Below are positions 1 through 9,397 of a stretch of 64,000 nucleotides of DNA, one piece after another. The notes under the pieces were generated by a model that saw only the letters and a program-made list of their open reading frames with translations, was not told the DNA's origin and ran no database searches. The translations under genes and the position numbers were made by a program. Origin of the DNA: a plasmid. Where the stretch lies: sequence record NZ_CP029448.1. One strand, given 5' to 3'. Within the stretch, counting starts at the first letter, position 1. Each line of letters starts with the position of its first letter.

Positions 1-29
1 TAAGCCGAGCGAAAAGTTTTTATTATCAA

Positions 30-224
30 ATGGAAAAGCTTATTTCTCCGCTTTGTTCTGAGGCTATTATTAGAGGATTGCCTTCACAATGGTGTTCTAA
101 TCCTCTTCGGGAGCGTTTACCCGAGTTAAGAAAAGAGTTAGGAAGGGTCCTTCATTCTGCGAAAAAGACATATCAACCAAAACAGGATGATACGTCTAAG
201 TATTTCCTTGATGAATCGGTATAA
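30..224 (+). CDS. hypothetical small protein (64 aa)
   Basis: ORF followed by a hairpin terminator at 227-250; no recognisable similarity. Confidence 0.2.
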   Translation: MEKLISPLCSEAIIRGLPSQWCSNPLRERLPELRKELGRVLHSAKKTYQPKQDDTSKYFLDESV

Positions 225-226
225 AA

Positions 227-250
227 AATGGGGCTGCCATGCCCCATTTA
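227..250 (+). terminator. putative rho-independent terminator
   Basis: stem atggggc/gccccat with 6-nt loop, followed by a T-rich tract. Confidence 0.4.
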
Positions 251-420
251 TAATTCACCACGGTGCAAAGATTTTATTTTTCATGCCAAAAAGTGCCTTC
301 ATAATATTACAATTGCAATTATTGTTGCAACTAATTAGAACTGTAAAATAACAAATTCATTAGAAATGGCCGCTGAGTTATTATCTTCTGGAGCGGCCTC
401 TTTGGCATAACTTTATTATG

Positions 421-1165
421 CTAACCAATTCTGGTATTGGCACAGATACCGGTGATGTTCAGCTCGTTCATGGCACGGCCGAACTGAGTCTGGCCATCTC
501 CGCCGGTGGCCTGCTTGTTGTTGATCCTGAAGACGCTGGCCTTGTCGCTGTAGAACGCCACAGGCTTACCGTAACGTTCCAGATAACCGCGGGTGGCTTC
601 AAAATAGGTGAAAGTGGATTCAGAACTGACGTACAGAAGCTGCATCAGCCGGCTCGTCGCATCATCAACGTAAACGAGCAGTGTGCACGCCGGACCACGA
701 TCCTCGAACCAGCGATGCTCACAGCCATCAATCTGGATGAGTTCTCCGCGTGGGCGTGGCTGATGTACACGCGGCGGCCGCAGCTTGCGGGGGGATCCAT
801 AAACCGGCCTGTGTCATCAGCTTGCGTACCGTCTCTTTGGCCAGATACAGCCCATGAACCTCGGCGAGCTTCTCACAGGCTAAAGTGGGACCAAAATCAG
901 CGTAGCGTTCGCGGATAATACGTAGTGCTCGTTCAGCGAGGCCCGGCATGAGTTGCCGGTTGCCAGGCTGGCCACGACGACGGTTAACAAGTGAAAGCGG
1001 CCCATGTTCACGATAGCGCTCCAGCAACCGTCGGCAGTGTCTGTCAGATATCTCAAGCCGGTTTGCTGCAAGACGTGTGGTAAGACGGCGGTCGATAACA
1101 TCCTGAAGGATCCTGAGTCGGTTTACATCGTTCATTGAGAAAAACTCCGTTCCGTATGCCGTCAT
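421..1165 (-). pseudogene. IS481-family transposase, frameshifted and 3'-truncated
   Basis: N-terminal HTH segment (728..1165 frame) carries the GPxxLxxRRRGxPGNxQL motif shared with the intact IS481-like Tnp at 5466..6917. A second frame (421..645) encodes the 'GKPVAFYSDK...FRV' DDE-core segment and ends prematurely. Confidence 0.6.
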
Positions 1166-1209
1166 GAGTCTCATCCTTTGAAAGCAGTGATCGCTGTGGT
1201 GAGACTGTA

Positions 1210-1247
1210 GGGGTCGGTTCCGGCTGAGGGCGAAATGACACCCTAAG
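1210..1247. repeat. Tn3-family 38-bp terminal inverted repeat (tnpA-proximal end)
   Basis: starts GGGG, ends CCTAAG; tnpA stop codon lies inside the IR, as in Tn3-family elements. Confidence 0.8.
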
Positions 1248-4140
1248 CTTTCGGTTCCTTGGGCCAAAGATATTCGCCAGTCAGTAGAATGTGCGCCCAG
1301 CCCAATGGGGATATGTGGGGAAGAAATTCAGGGGGAACATCCAACCCTTCGTTCCGCCGCTCCGTGACGGCATGACCAAGATGGACGGTATTCCAGTAAA
1401 TGATCACCGCAGTCAATAAATTGAGCCCAGCGATTCGGTAGTGCTGCCCCTCTGTCGTGCGATCGCGAATTTCCCCCTGCCTCCCGATACGGAGCGCATT
1501 TTTGAGCGCATGGTGGGCCTCTCCCTTGTTAAGACCGATCTGAGCACGCCGCTGCATGTCCGTATCCAGGATCCACTCAATAATGAAAAGGGTCCGTTCA
1601 ATACGACCAACTTCACGAAGCGCAACTGCAAGGTTGTTTTGTCGTGGGTAAGAAGCGAGCTTGCGCAGGAGTTGGCTGGGCCTGATTTTGCCAGCGGTCA
1701 TCGTCGCGGCACAACGGAAAATATCAGGCCAGTTCGCAACGATAAGATCCTCCCGGGCTTTTCCACCTACCAACTTGCGTAACTCCCTGGGGGTCGTATC
1801 GGGATTAAATACGTACAACCGCTTCGATGGCAGATCCCTGATTCGCAGAACGAGATTGTAGCCGAGCAGGCTACTGGCTCCGAACAAATGGTCGGTGAAT
1901 CCTGCTGTATCGGCATACTGTTCGCGAACATGGCGACCGACCTCGTTCATCAGTAGTCCATCGAGAATATACGGTGCCTCGCTCACGGTCGCCGGGATCG
2001 ACTGACAAGCGAATGGCGCGAACTGGTCGCTTACGTGAGTATACGCTTTGAGGCCGGGAACAGAACCATATTTGGCATTGACCATGTTCATGGCTTCGCC
2101 ATGCCGCGCTGTCGGGAAAAACTGACCATCGCTCGATGCTGACGTGCCCATCCCCCAGACGCGTGACATCGGCAGTTTACCCTGCGCGGCCACCACAATT
2201 GCCAATGCCTGGTTCATGGCTTCGCTTTCAACATGCCAGCGGGCAAGGCGTGAGAGCTGCCAGTAATCATGCGTGTTTGTAGCTTCCGCCATCTTACGCA
2301 GGCCCAGATTGAGCCCTTCAGCGAGCAGGACGTTGAGCAGACCGATCCGGTCGCGACATGGAGCCCCGGTTCTCAGATGGGTAAACGCATCTGTGAAACC
2401 AAGGGCTGCATCAACTTCAAGCAGCATGTCGGTAATCCGAACGGACGGCATTCGGCGATACAGATCCAGTATGAGTGCCTCGGCACCATCCGGCACGTCT
2501 GCTGTCAACCTGTCGATCCGCAACGTTCCATCTTCTATGCTACCGTGCGGAATAGTGCCGTTACGGGCAGCCCGGGCCAGCCGCTTAAGAGCGATCGTGA
2601 GTCGCGCCTTTCTGTCTGCCAGCCAATCCTGTGGGTTGGAAGGCACGGCCAGTTTTGCATTTTCCTGCGCCGCGATCATCGGCACCAGTACCTGCTTGAG
2701 GTCACCATAGCGGCGCGAATGAGCGAGCCAGACATCTCCGGAACGAAAAGCATCCCGGAGGTGAAAGAGTACCGCCACTTCCCAAAGACGGGTATCTCCT
2801 TTTTCCTGAGCTCGTAAATGACGGTTCCATTTGGAGCTGGGCCGCAGGAAACGCCTTTCTGGCGATGCAACACCTTTCATCTCTCCGATCGACAAAGCTG
2901 CTGCTACCAATGGTCCGGCGACCGGCGCGGCTTCGAGCTTCAGACAGCGCAACATGCGGGGCGCATAACGACGAAAGCGATGGTATCCCTGCCCGACATA
3001 TGCAAGAGGCTCATCGGCTAGCGTGTTGCTGAGTTGAGTCCCTGTCGCTACCAGTTGAGCGAGCCGGTCCCATGCAACCGAACTGGCGACAGCCATCTCC
3101 AGCGGGGTTCCGTCACTGCGGGCCTCAAGCAACGAAGCTCCCAGCGCGGTGAAGGTACGGATCGTATCCGCGAGTGTGGCTTTAGAGCCGGAAATTGTTT
3201 CGTCATGCTGGCGCTTCGCTTCCCGCCAGGTTTTTCCTACGATCCTGTCATGGGTTTCGACTATGGCATCAGCAATCGCCGCTTCCCACTCCACAACACA
3301 GACGGCAAGGATCGCCCAGCGGCGGTCCGAAGTGATGTCACGCAAACCGTCGGTGAAGTAGCGTTCACCCTGCCGACGCAGCCGGGCAATGCGATGGGCA
3401 GGTATGCTGGCCAAAGCACTATGATTGATATTCAGGGTACGCAGAAATTCGAGCCTGTCGAGCAAACGGTTAGCAGCAGCCGAGTTGTTACCAACCTCGA
3501 AGTTGCGAAGCCAGATGAAACGACTGATATTGCCGGCGAGCATTTCACTCAGAAGTTTGTCCAGGTGATCGCGAACATCCGCTGTTAAATTTTCCACAAT
3601 CCGCGTTTCAATCCGCCGCTCAGCGGCGACCAGAGCATCCGCGCACAAGCGCTCGATTGTCGATACTGCGGGCAGAATGGTGGAAGTTTCCCGACACCGC
3701 ACAATAAAACGATGAGCAAGATCCTCGTTTGATCTGGCATCTTCGGCCTGGCCGAAAGTCCACTCCCGCAGATCACGGGCACCACGGCCCGTGAAGGTCT
3801 TGTAGCCGTAAATTTCGCGCAGCGTGTCCATGTGCTGCTGACGGGTTTGGCGCCGTGTGGCATAAGTGAGAAGCGCATCAGCCGGAACTCCAAGCTGAGC
3901 ACCGACGAAGGAAAGGATTTCACGCGGGATCATCTCACCAGGAGCCAGTGCACGGCCCGGATATCGTAAGGCACAAAGTTGCAGGGCAAAGCCAATCCTG
4001 TTTTCCGGTCTGCGGCGCTGCCTAATGTTTTCCAGGTCATCATCGCCCAGCGTGTAGAACTTCAGTAGCGACAGTTCGTCCGTGGGCAGATCGAACAGCG
4101 CTGCTCGCTGCCGTTCGGTGAAAATATGGCGTCGTGACAT
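1243..4140 (-). CDS. tnpA: Tn3-family transposase TnpA (965 aa)
   Basis: N-terminal 'RIGFALQLCALRY' DUF4158-like region and large DDE Tn3 transposase body; divergent from the resolvase gene. Confidence 0.9.
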   Translation of the reverse strand: MSRRHIFTERQRAALFDLPTDELSLLKFYTLGDDDLENIRQRRRPENRIGFALQLCALRYPGRALAPGEMIPREILSFVGAQLGVPADALLTYATRRQTRQQHMDTLREIYGYKTFTGRGARDLREWTFGQAEDARSNEDLAHRFIVRCRETSTILPAVSTIERLCADALVAAERRIETRIVENLTADVRDHLDKLLSEMLAGNISRFIWLRNFEVGNNSAAANRLLDRLEFLRTLNINHSALASIPAHRIARLRRQGERYFTDGLRDITSDRRWAILAVCVVEWEAAIADAIVETHDRIVGKTWREAKRQHDETISGSKATLADTIRTFTALGASLLEARSDGTPLEMAVASSVAWDRLAQLVATGTQLSNTLADEPLAYVGQGYHRFRRYAPRMLRCLKLEAAPVAGPLVAAALSIGEMKGVASPERRFLRPSSKWNRHLRAQEKGDTRLWEVAVLFHLRDAFRSGDVWLAHSRRYGDLKQVLVPMIAAQENAKLAVPSNPQDWLADRKARLTIALKRLARAARNGTIPHGSIEDGTLRIDRLTADVPDGAEALILDLYRRMPSVRITDMLLEVDAALGFTDAFTHLRTGAPCRDRIGLLNVLLAEGLNLGLRKMAEATNTHDYWQLSRLARWHVESEAMNQALAIVVAAQGKLPMSRVWGMGTSASSDGQFFPTARHGEAMNMVNAKYGSVPGLKAYTHVSDQFAPFACQSIPATVSEAPYILDGLLMNEVGRHVREQYADTAGFTDHLFGASSLLGYNLVLRIRDLPSKRLYVFNPDTTPRELRKLVGGKAREDLIVANWPDIFRCAATMTAGKIRPSQLLRKLASYPRQNNLAVALREVGRIERTLFIIEWILDTDMQRRAQIGLNKGEAHHALKNALRIGRQGEIRDRTTEGQHYRIAGLNLLTAVIIYWNTVHLGHAVTERRNEGLDVPPEFLPHISPLGWAHILLTGEYLWPKEPKA

Positions 4141-4234
4141 ACAAATTCGTCCCTTTTGAAGTATAGTCTGTTTTGGACAACAGCCAGCCCATATAAATCA
4201 GGGCGTTCCGATACAAAAATCCAGGAGGGTTCAA

Positions 4235-4840
4235 TTGGGACATCGTGCCGCCATTTACTGCCGGGTTTCAACAGCGGATCAGTCTTGTGAACGCCAGGAA
4301 TTTGATCTGCGAGCCTTCGCCGGCCGTGCCGGCTACGACGTGGTGGGAATATTTAAGGAAACAGGTTCAGGAACTAAACTCGACCGGGCCGAGCGAAAGA
4401 AAGTCCTGGCGCTTGCCCAGTCCAGACAAATTGATGCAATCCTGGTCACTGAGCTTTCCCGGTGGGGGCGCTCGACGCTCGATCTGCTCAATACGCTACG
4501 TGAACTGGAGAACTGGAAGGTTTCCGTGATAGCCATGAATGGAATGGCGTTCGATCTTTCGTCGCCGTATGGACGAATGCTGGCGACGTTTCTTTCCGGC
4601 ATTGCGGAGTTTGAGCGGGATCTCATCAGCGAGCGGGTCAAGTCAGGCCTTGCTGTTGCGAAGGCACGTGGTAAGAGGCTTGGTCGTCAGGCCGGAGTGC
4701 GACCAAAATCAGACCGACTTTTGCCTAAGGTGGTTGCGATGAGGGCCGAGGGACGCAGCTATCGCTGGATCGCACGCGAGCTCGGTATCAGCAAGAATAC
4801 CGTCGCTGACATCGTGCAACGACACAGAGCTAACGCTTAG
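4235..4840 (+). CDS. tnpR: serine recombinase / resolvase TnpR (201 aa)
   Basis: N-terminal 'YCRVSTADQ' catalytic serine motif and C-terminal HTH; divergent from tnpA with a 94-bp res-containing spacer. Confidence 0.9.
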   Translation: MGHRAAIYCRVSTADQSCERQEFDLRAFAGRAGYDVVGIFKETGSGTKLDRAERKKVLALAQSRQIDAILVTELSRWGRSTLDLLNTLRELENWKVSVIAMNGMAFDLSSPYGRMLATFLSGIAEFERDLISERVKSGLAVAKARGKRLGRQAGVRPKSDRLLPKVVAMRAEGRSYRWIARELGISKNTVADIVQRHRANA

Positions 4841-4873
4841 GGTGTCATTTCGCCCTCAGCCGGAACCGACCCC
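4836..4873. repeat. Tn3-family 38-bp terminal inverted repeat (tnpR-proximal end)
   Basis: reverse complement of the 1210-1247 repeat. Confidence 0.8.
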
Positions 4874-5021
4874 CTGTAGCGCGGACATGTCTATTTGGTC
4901 AGAGACGGACATCTCAAATTAGCTACTACAACGATGTCTAGCCAATGTTGAAATGTCGTGCTGAAAACAAAGCTGACCTGACGTCAGTGGAGAGTCTGGA
5001 CAATGCCTTTTTAAGGTTGAG

Positions 5022-5450
5022 TCAGGCTTTGGAGGAAGAACGTGGTTGCCAGGTTTTCTCGGCTATCATCAGTTTACGTACGGTCTCTTTTGAAATCCGG
5101 ACACCGTATTCTGTGGTCAGAATTCGCCAGATGGCTGACGGATTCATACCCCGGCCGCGTGAGCGAATAAGCTGCAGTGCCTGATCTCTGATGGTGGTGT
5201 TTAACTGATGATTGCCGGGCTTTCCACGGCGCCGGCTGACCAGACCGGCTGGCCCCAGCTCGCGATAGCGCTTAATCAGGCGGGAGCACTGACGACGGGT
5301 GAGCTCCATGGACTCTGCCACTTCTGCCAGCGTGATTTCCCGCGCCATATAGGCTTCAATCAAATCCAGGCGTAGCGCTTCGTGAAGTGTCAGGAGCACT
5401 GGTTTGTTGTCGTCCATTTTTCTCTCATCTGTCGGCCATATCAGATCCAC
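5022..5450 (-). pseudogene. IS481-family transposase N-terminal fragment (142 aa, HTH only)
   Basis: 'RRRGKPGNHQL' motif like the other IS481-like genes; catalytic domain missing. Confidence 0.5.
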
Positions 5451-5465
5451 AGGTGAGGGAAGGGC

Positions 5466-6917
5466 TCATCGCTTCAGGCTGGGGATAAAATCCTGCGGAC
5501 TGGCCAGCACCGGGTTGATCGCCCTGAGCTCTTCCAGTGCACGCTCCTGAGCGCGCCTGCGGGGCATTTTTGTACTGCGCATTCGCTTTCCTTCAGCCTC
5601 CAGCTCGTCCTGTTTCTGCTGTGCCAGCCTCAGAACGGCACCCAGTCGTTTGTTATCAACAACCGCCCCCTGATCAACGCAGGTCAGTTTATCGAAAATC
5701 TTATAACCCAGTGGCCGGTGCTGATGCCGGAAAGTAATGCTTCCGTCAGGGTAATCATAAACGGTAATTTTTTCACCTGCTATGCGCGTATTTTGTTCGG
5801 TGGGTTCAATGATATACATGACTTTATCATACTGAAAAGTCAGTGCTTTCGATAAGGTCCGCAGCTCCTGCCAGGCGAAGATATCATTCAGCTCCAGTGG
5901 ACTCTGTGTGACCGCACGGTGCAGATCTTTAGGGTATTTTGCCGGCCGGGAGAAACGACGGTTAAAATCAGACATGAAATGTTCAATCCACTGATTGGCT
6001 TCAGCAACCGAGCTGATGTTCTGCAGGCGCATCTCTTTAATCAGTCGATCCTGGAGCGTTTTATTTACCCGTTCCACGCGACCTTTTGCCTGGCTGCTGT
6101 TGGCACAAATCAATTCGATCGCCAGTTCCCGGAGAGCCCGTCCGAACTGGGTTGTGCCGGTACGTCGGCTCTCGGGTCCGCTGACCCTGAACACCGCATG
6201 CTTGTCGCTGTAAAATGCGACAGGTTTACCATGTTTATCAATGTATTGCCGGGTAGCCATCATGTAGTCAAACGCGTTTTCTGAATCACAGAATCGCAGG
6301 TGCATCAGGCGACCTGTGGCGTCATCCATGAAGACCAGAAGACAGCATTTTGGGGCTCTTCCTTCGAACCAGTCATGGTGAGAGCCATCGATCTGAACCA
6401 GTTCGCCGAAACAGTCGCGACGATAGCGCGGCTGGTAAACCCGGGTTCGCCGGCGGGAATGAGGACGCCAGAGACCGTCGGCTGTCATCCAGTTACGGAT
6501 GGTTTCAACGGAGAGATATATATGATGGCGTTCAGCCAGTTTTTCGGTTGCGAGCGTTGGGCCAAAATCTGAATAGTGGCACCGGATCAAATCCAGGGCT
6601 TTACAGCGTGTTTCTTCATCGATCCGGTTGTTTGCAGGACGTCCACGGCGGGAAGATGCAAATGCGGTTGCGCCATCTGTCCGGTACAGACGCACAAGAC
6701 GCTGCACCTGACGAACACTGAGCTTAAGTATGTCTGCTGCGTCGCGCTGAAGCAAAGCCCGGTCAAATACTCGCTGAATGATGCCAAGCCGGTAAAGTTC
6801 TTTGTCTGTCATAGTCACCAACATAAGATCGCGGTCCTGTGCTGAGCAAAATGAAGGCTTAGCGTACACGACGCGTGTGAATTGTGCTGAGACGACAATA
6901 ACGCTTTGTGCTGACAA
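5466..6917 (-). CDS. IS481-family transposase (483 aa, apparently intact)
   Basis: HTH N-terminus plus rve/DDE integrase core ('GKPVAFYSDKHAVFRV', 'VERVNKTLQDRL'). Confidence 0.8.
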   Translation of the reverse strand: MSAQSVIVVSAQFTRVVYAKPSFCSAQDRDLMLVTMTDKELYRLGIIQRVFDRALLQRDAADILKLSVRQVQRLVRLYRTDGATAFASSRRGRPANNRIDEETRCKALDLIRCHYSDFGPTLATEKLAERHHIYLSVETIRNWMTADGLWRPHSRRRTRVYQPRYRRDCFGELVQIDGSHHDWFEGRAPKCCLLVFMDDATGRLMHLRFCDSENAFDYMMATRQYIDKHGKPVAFYSDKHAVFRVSGPESRRTGTTQFGRALRELAIELICANSSQAKGRVERVNKTLQDRLIKEMRLQNISSVAEANQWIEHFMSDFNRRFSRPAKYPKDLHRAVTQSPLELNDIFAWQELRTLSKALTFQYDKVMYIIEPTEQNTRIAGEKITVYDYPDGSITFRHQHRPLGYKIFDKLTCVDQGAVVDNKRLGAVLRLAQQKQDELEAEGKRMRSTKMPRRRAQERALEELRAINPVLASPQDFIPSLKR

Positions 6918-7020
6918 CGCAACTTCGCTTAATGCGTTTTATGTTAAATATCAACAACTTAGCGTCAAATTACAGCTGTTCTTCTGCAATGGCCTGCTCA
7001 CTATCACTGCCAGCACGGCT

Positions 7021-7293
7021 TCAGTCGGGATAGATGGATTCTTTTCTGGCATTAATGCCATAAAGACAAACACGTTTTTTTTCAGGCAAATGGATACCCA
7101 TCAGGCGAAGAATAAAGCCGCGCCACCCCCGGTTAACCTGACGGTTATAGTCATACAGGTCTGCATTTTCTTTTTTAAGCTTTGACCATTCATGCATGAG
7201 TGTTAGTGCATCGAGCTCGGTGATGTGCTTCACTTCATCACCGATACGTACTGTGTTAATGCCTCTTCCCGTCATGATGATCCCCTCCGGCAA
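7021..7293 (-). CDS. hypothetical protein (90 aa)
   Basis: ORF only. Confidence 0.25.
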   Translation of the reverse strand: MPEGIIMTGRGINTVRIGDEVKHITELDALTLMHEWSKLKKENADLYDYNRQVNRGWRGFILRLMGIHLPEKKRVCLYGINARKESIYPD

Positions 7294-7350
7294 TATCAGT
7301 TTCAGATTAACGCTGTTGTGATGATGATTTAACTACACACTAAAGGCAAT

Positions 7351-7608
7351 CTAACGTTTAATCATACCCCTGATAATAAAGAACATCATGGTTAATGAAA
7401 ACACAATCAGAAGCCAGCCAAAGGGTTTGGCATCAAAAACAGTAGTGATGCAATCATTAGTACAGGTAACCACCTTCGGGGTGACAATAGAAATTCCCCA
7501 TCCAAGAATAACTACCATAGTGCCTGCTACTGCGGCTAAGAAAAAAGTGGTGAAGAATGCGCATCCGACTACCAGTAACAATCCAATCAGTTCAAATATC
7601 ATATTCAT
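7351..7608 (-). CDS. small hydrophobic membrane protein (85 aa)
   Basis: two or three predicted TM helices. Confidence 0.35.
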   Translation of the reverse strand: MNMIFELIGLLLVVGCAFFTTFFLAAVAGTMVVILGWGISIVTPKVVTCTNDCITTVFDAKPFGWLLIVFSLTMMFFIIRGMIKR

Positions 7609-7656
7609 GATTGCGCTCCAGGTGAGATAACTGCGAACAGACTGATGCTGGCTGTA

Positions 7657-7860
7657 TTATTTAACATATTTCCAGACGCCTGCAGGTATTTTATCATAAA
7701 ACTTCCCCATTGCCATTTCCGCCAGCCGGTGATCCACTGCGGCATTAAAGTGCTCAAGTTCGTCATCCGTCAGGGAATATTTATTTTTTTCTATTATCCT
7801 TTCCAGAGTTTCCTGTGATGTACAGCGGCGTAGTCGTAAAATCCATTCCTGTTTCGTCAT
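7657..7860 (-). CDS. hha: Hha/YmoA-family nucleoid-associated expression modulator
   Basis: 'LRLRRC...LERIIEKNKY.L.D.EL..F..A.DHRLAE....K.YDKIP..VWK' matches the Hha/YmoA fold signature; typical of IncH-type plasmids. Confidence 0.8.
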   Translation of the reverse strand: MTKQEWILRLRRCTSQETLERIIEKNKYSLTDDELEHFNAAVDHRLAEMAMGKFYDKIPAGVWKYVK

Positions 7861-7893
7861 TAGTTTTATATATCCTGAGGTGTCCCGGTAATA

Positions 7894-8265
7894 TCATTCT
7901 GGAAGATGCTTTTCTTTCAGTCGGTTATGAGTGAACCATTTTGCATATGTAATGTAAACCACAAAAGTTAAGAGTGCGGACAGACTATATATCCAGAGAA
8001 CAGGCACTACGTGATGAAAACGTATCATCTGACCGGATTCATCTGCCATACTCATTAATGCATTGCTGTATGTTTCAGTCTGAATAAACTCGTAGTAAGG
8101 TACCATCACAACATGAAGAAAAAATAAATTAAGCAGATACGTCAGAGAAAACGCGTGTTCCTGCCCGTTATAGGGCGCATACTGCGCAAAGGCGAACATC
8201 CATCCTGTGAAAAGCAGAAAACACATCGCGAAATACACCACCACCCATACCGCTGTTTTCATCAC
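7894..8265 (-). CDS. hypothetical membrane protein (123 aa) upstream of hha
   Basis: multi-TM hydrophobic ORF; not TomB-like. Confidence 0.35.
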   Translation of the reverse strand: MMKTAVWVVVYFAMCFLLFTGWMFAFAQYAPYNGQEHAFSLTYLLNLFFLHVVMVPYYEFIQTETYSNALMSMADESGQMIRFHHVVPVLWIYSLSALLTFVVYITYAKWFTHNRLKEKHLPE

Positions 8266-8305
8266 TGCCCTCAGTTATATAATTTGTCTGTAACGAAAAT
8301 GGCAT

Positions 8306-8800
8306 TCAGGCGTTCAGGTCCGTGCCGTTCTGCTTCAGATAATCACTGATGCTCAGGCCGGACAAGCGAATGTTATCCGAAATCTCCCTGAACTGCTCCT
8401 CCCAGCCGTCCTGCAACTCCCTGATTGCCGCGATCTGGAAAGCAACACTGAAAGGCGTTCTGCCCAGTTTCTCGGACAGCCAGAAAAGATGCCTGCCAAT
8501 CTCTTCGTCCGGTACCGAATCGAGCGCATCACTCAGAAAGGTTTTTTCGTCTTCCTGCCAGGGATGACCGGCTCGCGGGAACCGCGGATCAGACTGGCGG
8601 TCTTTTTTCTCCCTTTTTTCCCGTCTGGCAACGGTCGGCGCATCGCCTTTTTTCAAGCCGACGCGCGCTTTCATGGCGCCGATAGCGGCGACGGCCAGTA
8701 CCAGCGTTTCACGCTCCTGGCGCGTGAGCAGGCTGTCCTCGCAAATCAGGGTGTTCAGGTTATCGATCAGCTTATTCAGCCCGGGTTCAGTGACTTTCAT
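8306..8800 (-). CDS. hypothetical protein (164 aa), charged/basic central region
   Basis: ORF in operon-like array with 8831..9397 and 9394..9774. Confidence 0.35.
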   Translation of the reverse strand: MKVTEPGLNKLIDNLNTLICEDSLLTRQERETLVLAVAAIGAMKARVGLKKGDAPTVARREKREKKDRQSDPRFPRAGHPWQEDEKTFLSDALDSVPDEEIGRHLFWLSEKLGRTPFSVAFQIAAIRELQDGWEEQFREISDNIRLSGLSISDYLKQNGTDLNA

Positions 8801-8830
8801 TTTATGCTCCTGTTCCTTGTGTGGTGGCGA

Positions 8831-9397
8831 TCAGTCCCGGCTCTCATTCACCTGGACGGTGACCGGCAGGCCTGCATCAAAACAGGCCTGATACCAGCTG
8901 GCCACCTGCAGGGGATCGCCCTCTTTTATCCGGCGTATGCCGCCGGCATCCGTCAGCTGCAGGCAGGTGGTACCGTCCAGACGGATCACGTAGGCCGCTT
9001 CCCTGATGGTGTAATGGCCGTCATCCAGCTGCAGCTCCACCGCGTCACCGGCAGCCGTCTGGCGTAACGGCAGACGCCGGACGTCTGTCAGTCGTTTTCG
9101 TGCCGTTTCAGCCTCGCGTTCTGCCTGGAAGAGCGGTTCTGCAATGCAGCGACCGTCCTGCGTCAGCTCGACGGCCAGCTGCAGGTTCGGGGCGCGCAGG
9201 GTGCGCAGCCAGCCCGCGGCTTCCATGCGCCGGCAGGAGGCGCGCAGGTTCGGCCCGTACACCGGGGCGTCCCCGCCCTGCTCCAGCACCCGCTCGATAT
9301 CCCGCGTCGCCACCGGGCCCGGCCGTTTCGCATCGAGGGCGGCCAGCACAATCAGCACCCGCCGCTGCAGCGGCGATGGTCGGCGCGCCTGAGTCAT
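8831..9397 (-). CDS. hypothetical protein with putative N-terminal winged-HTH (188 aa), high GC
   Basis: ORF; 'RRVLIVLAAL...RDIERVL' HTH-like segment. Confidence 0.35.
   Translation of the reverse strand: MTQARRPSPLQRRVLIVLAALDAKRPGPVATRDIERVLEQGGDAPVYGPNLRASCRRMEAAGWLRTLRAPNLQLAVELTQDGRCIAEPLFQAEREAETARKRLTDVRRLPLRQTAAGDAVELQLDDGHYTIREAAYVIRLDGTTCLQLTDAGGIRRIKEGDPLQVASWYQACFDAGLPVTVQVNESRD

Larger units (their letters stand above)
1210..4873. mobile_element. minimal Tn3-family element (tnpA + tnpR only, about 3.66 kb) with 38-bp terminal inverted repeats and 5-bp direct repeats CTGTA
   Basis: IR GGGGTCGGTTCCGGCTGAGGGCGAAATGACACCCTAAG at 1210-1247 and its reverse complement at 4836-4873. 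Identical CTGTA at 1205-1209 and 4874-4878. Confidence 0.8.

Noticed and set aside
2269-3588. Several 145-184-aa plus-strand ORFs inside the Tn3-family tnpA (minus strand)
   Set aside because: All are antisense to tnpA, GC-driven open frames without recognisable domains
6802-7185. 127-aa ORF spanning the end of the IS481-like element into flanking DNA
   Set aside because: Crosses an IS boundary, low-complexity, no RBS or homology
7894-8265. Gene upstream of hha considered as tomB (ybaJ)
   Set aside because: TomB is a soluble protein. This ORF is a multi-TM hydrophobic protein with no TomB-like sequence, so it is called only as a hypothetical membrane protein
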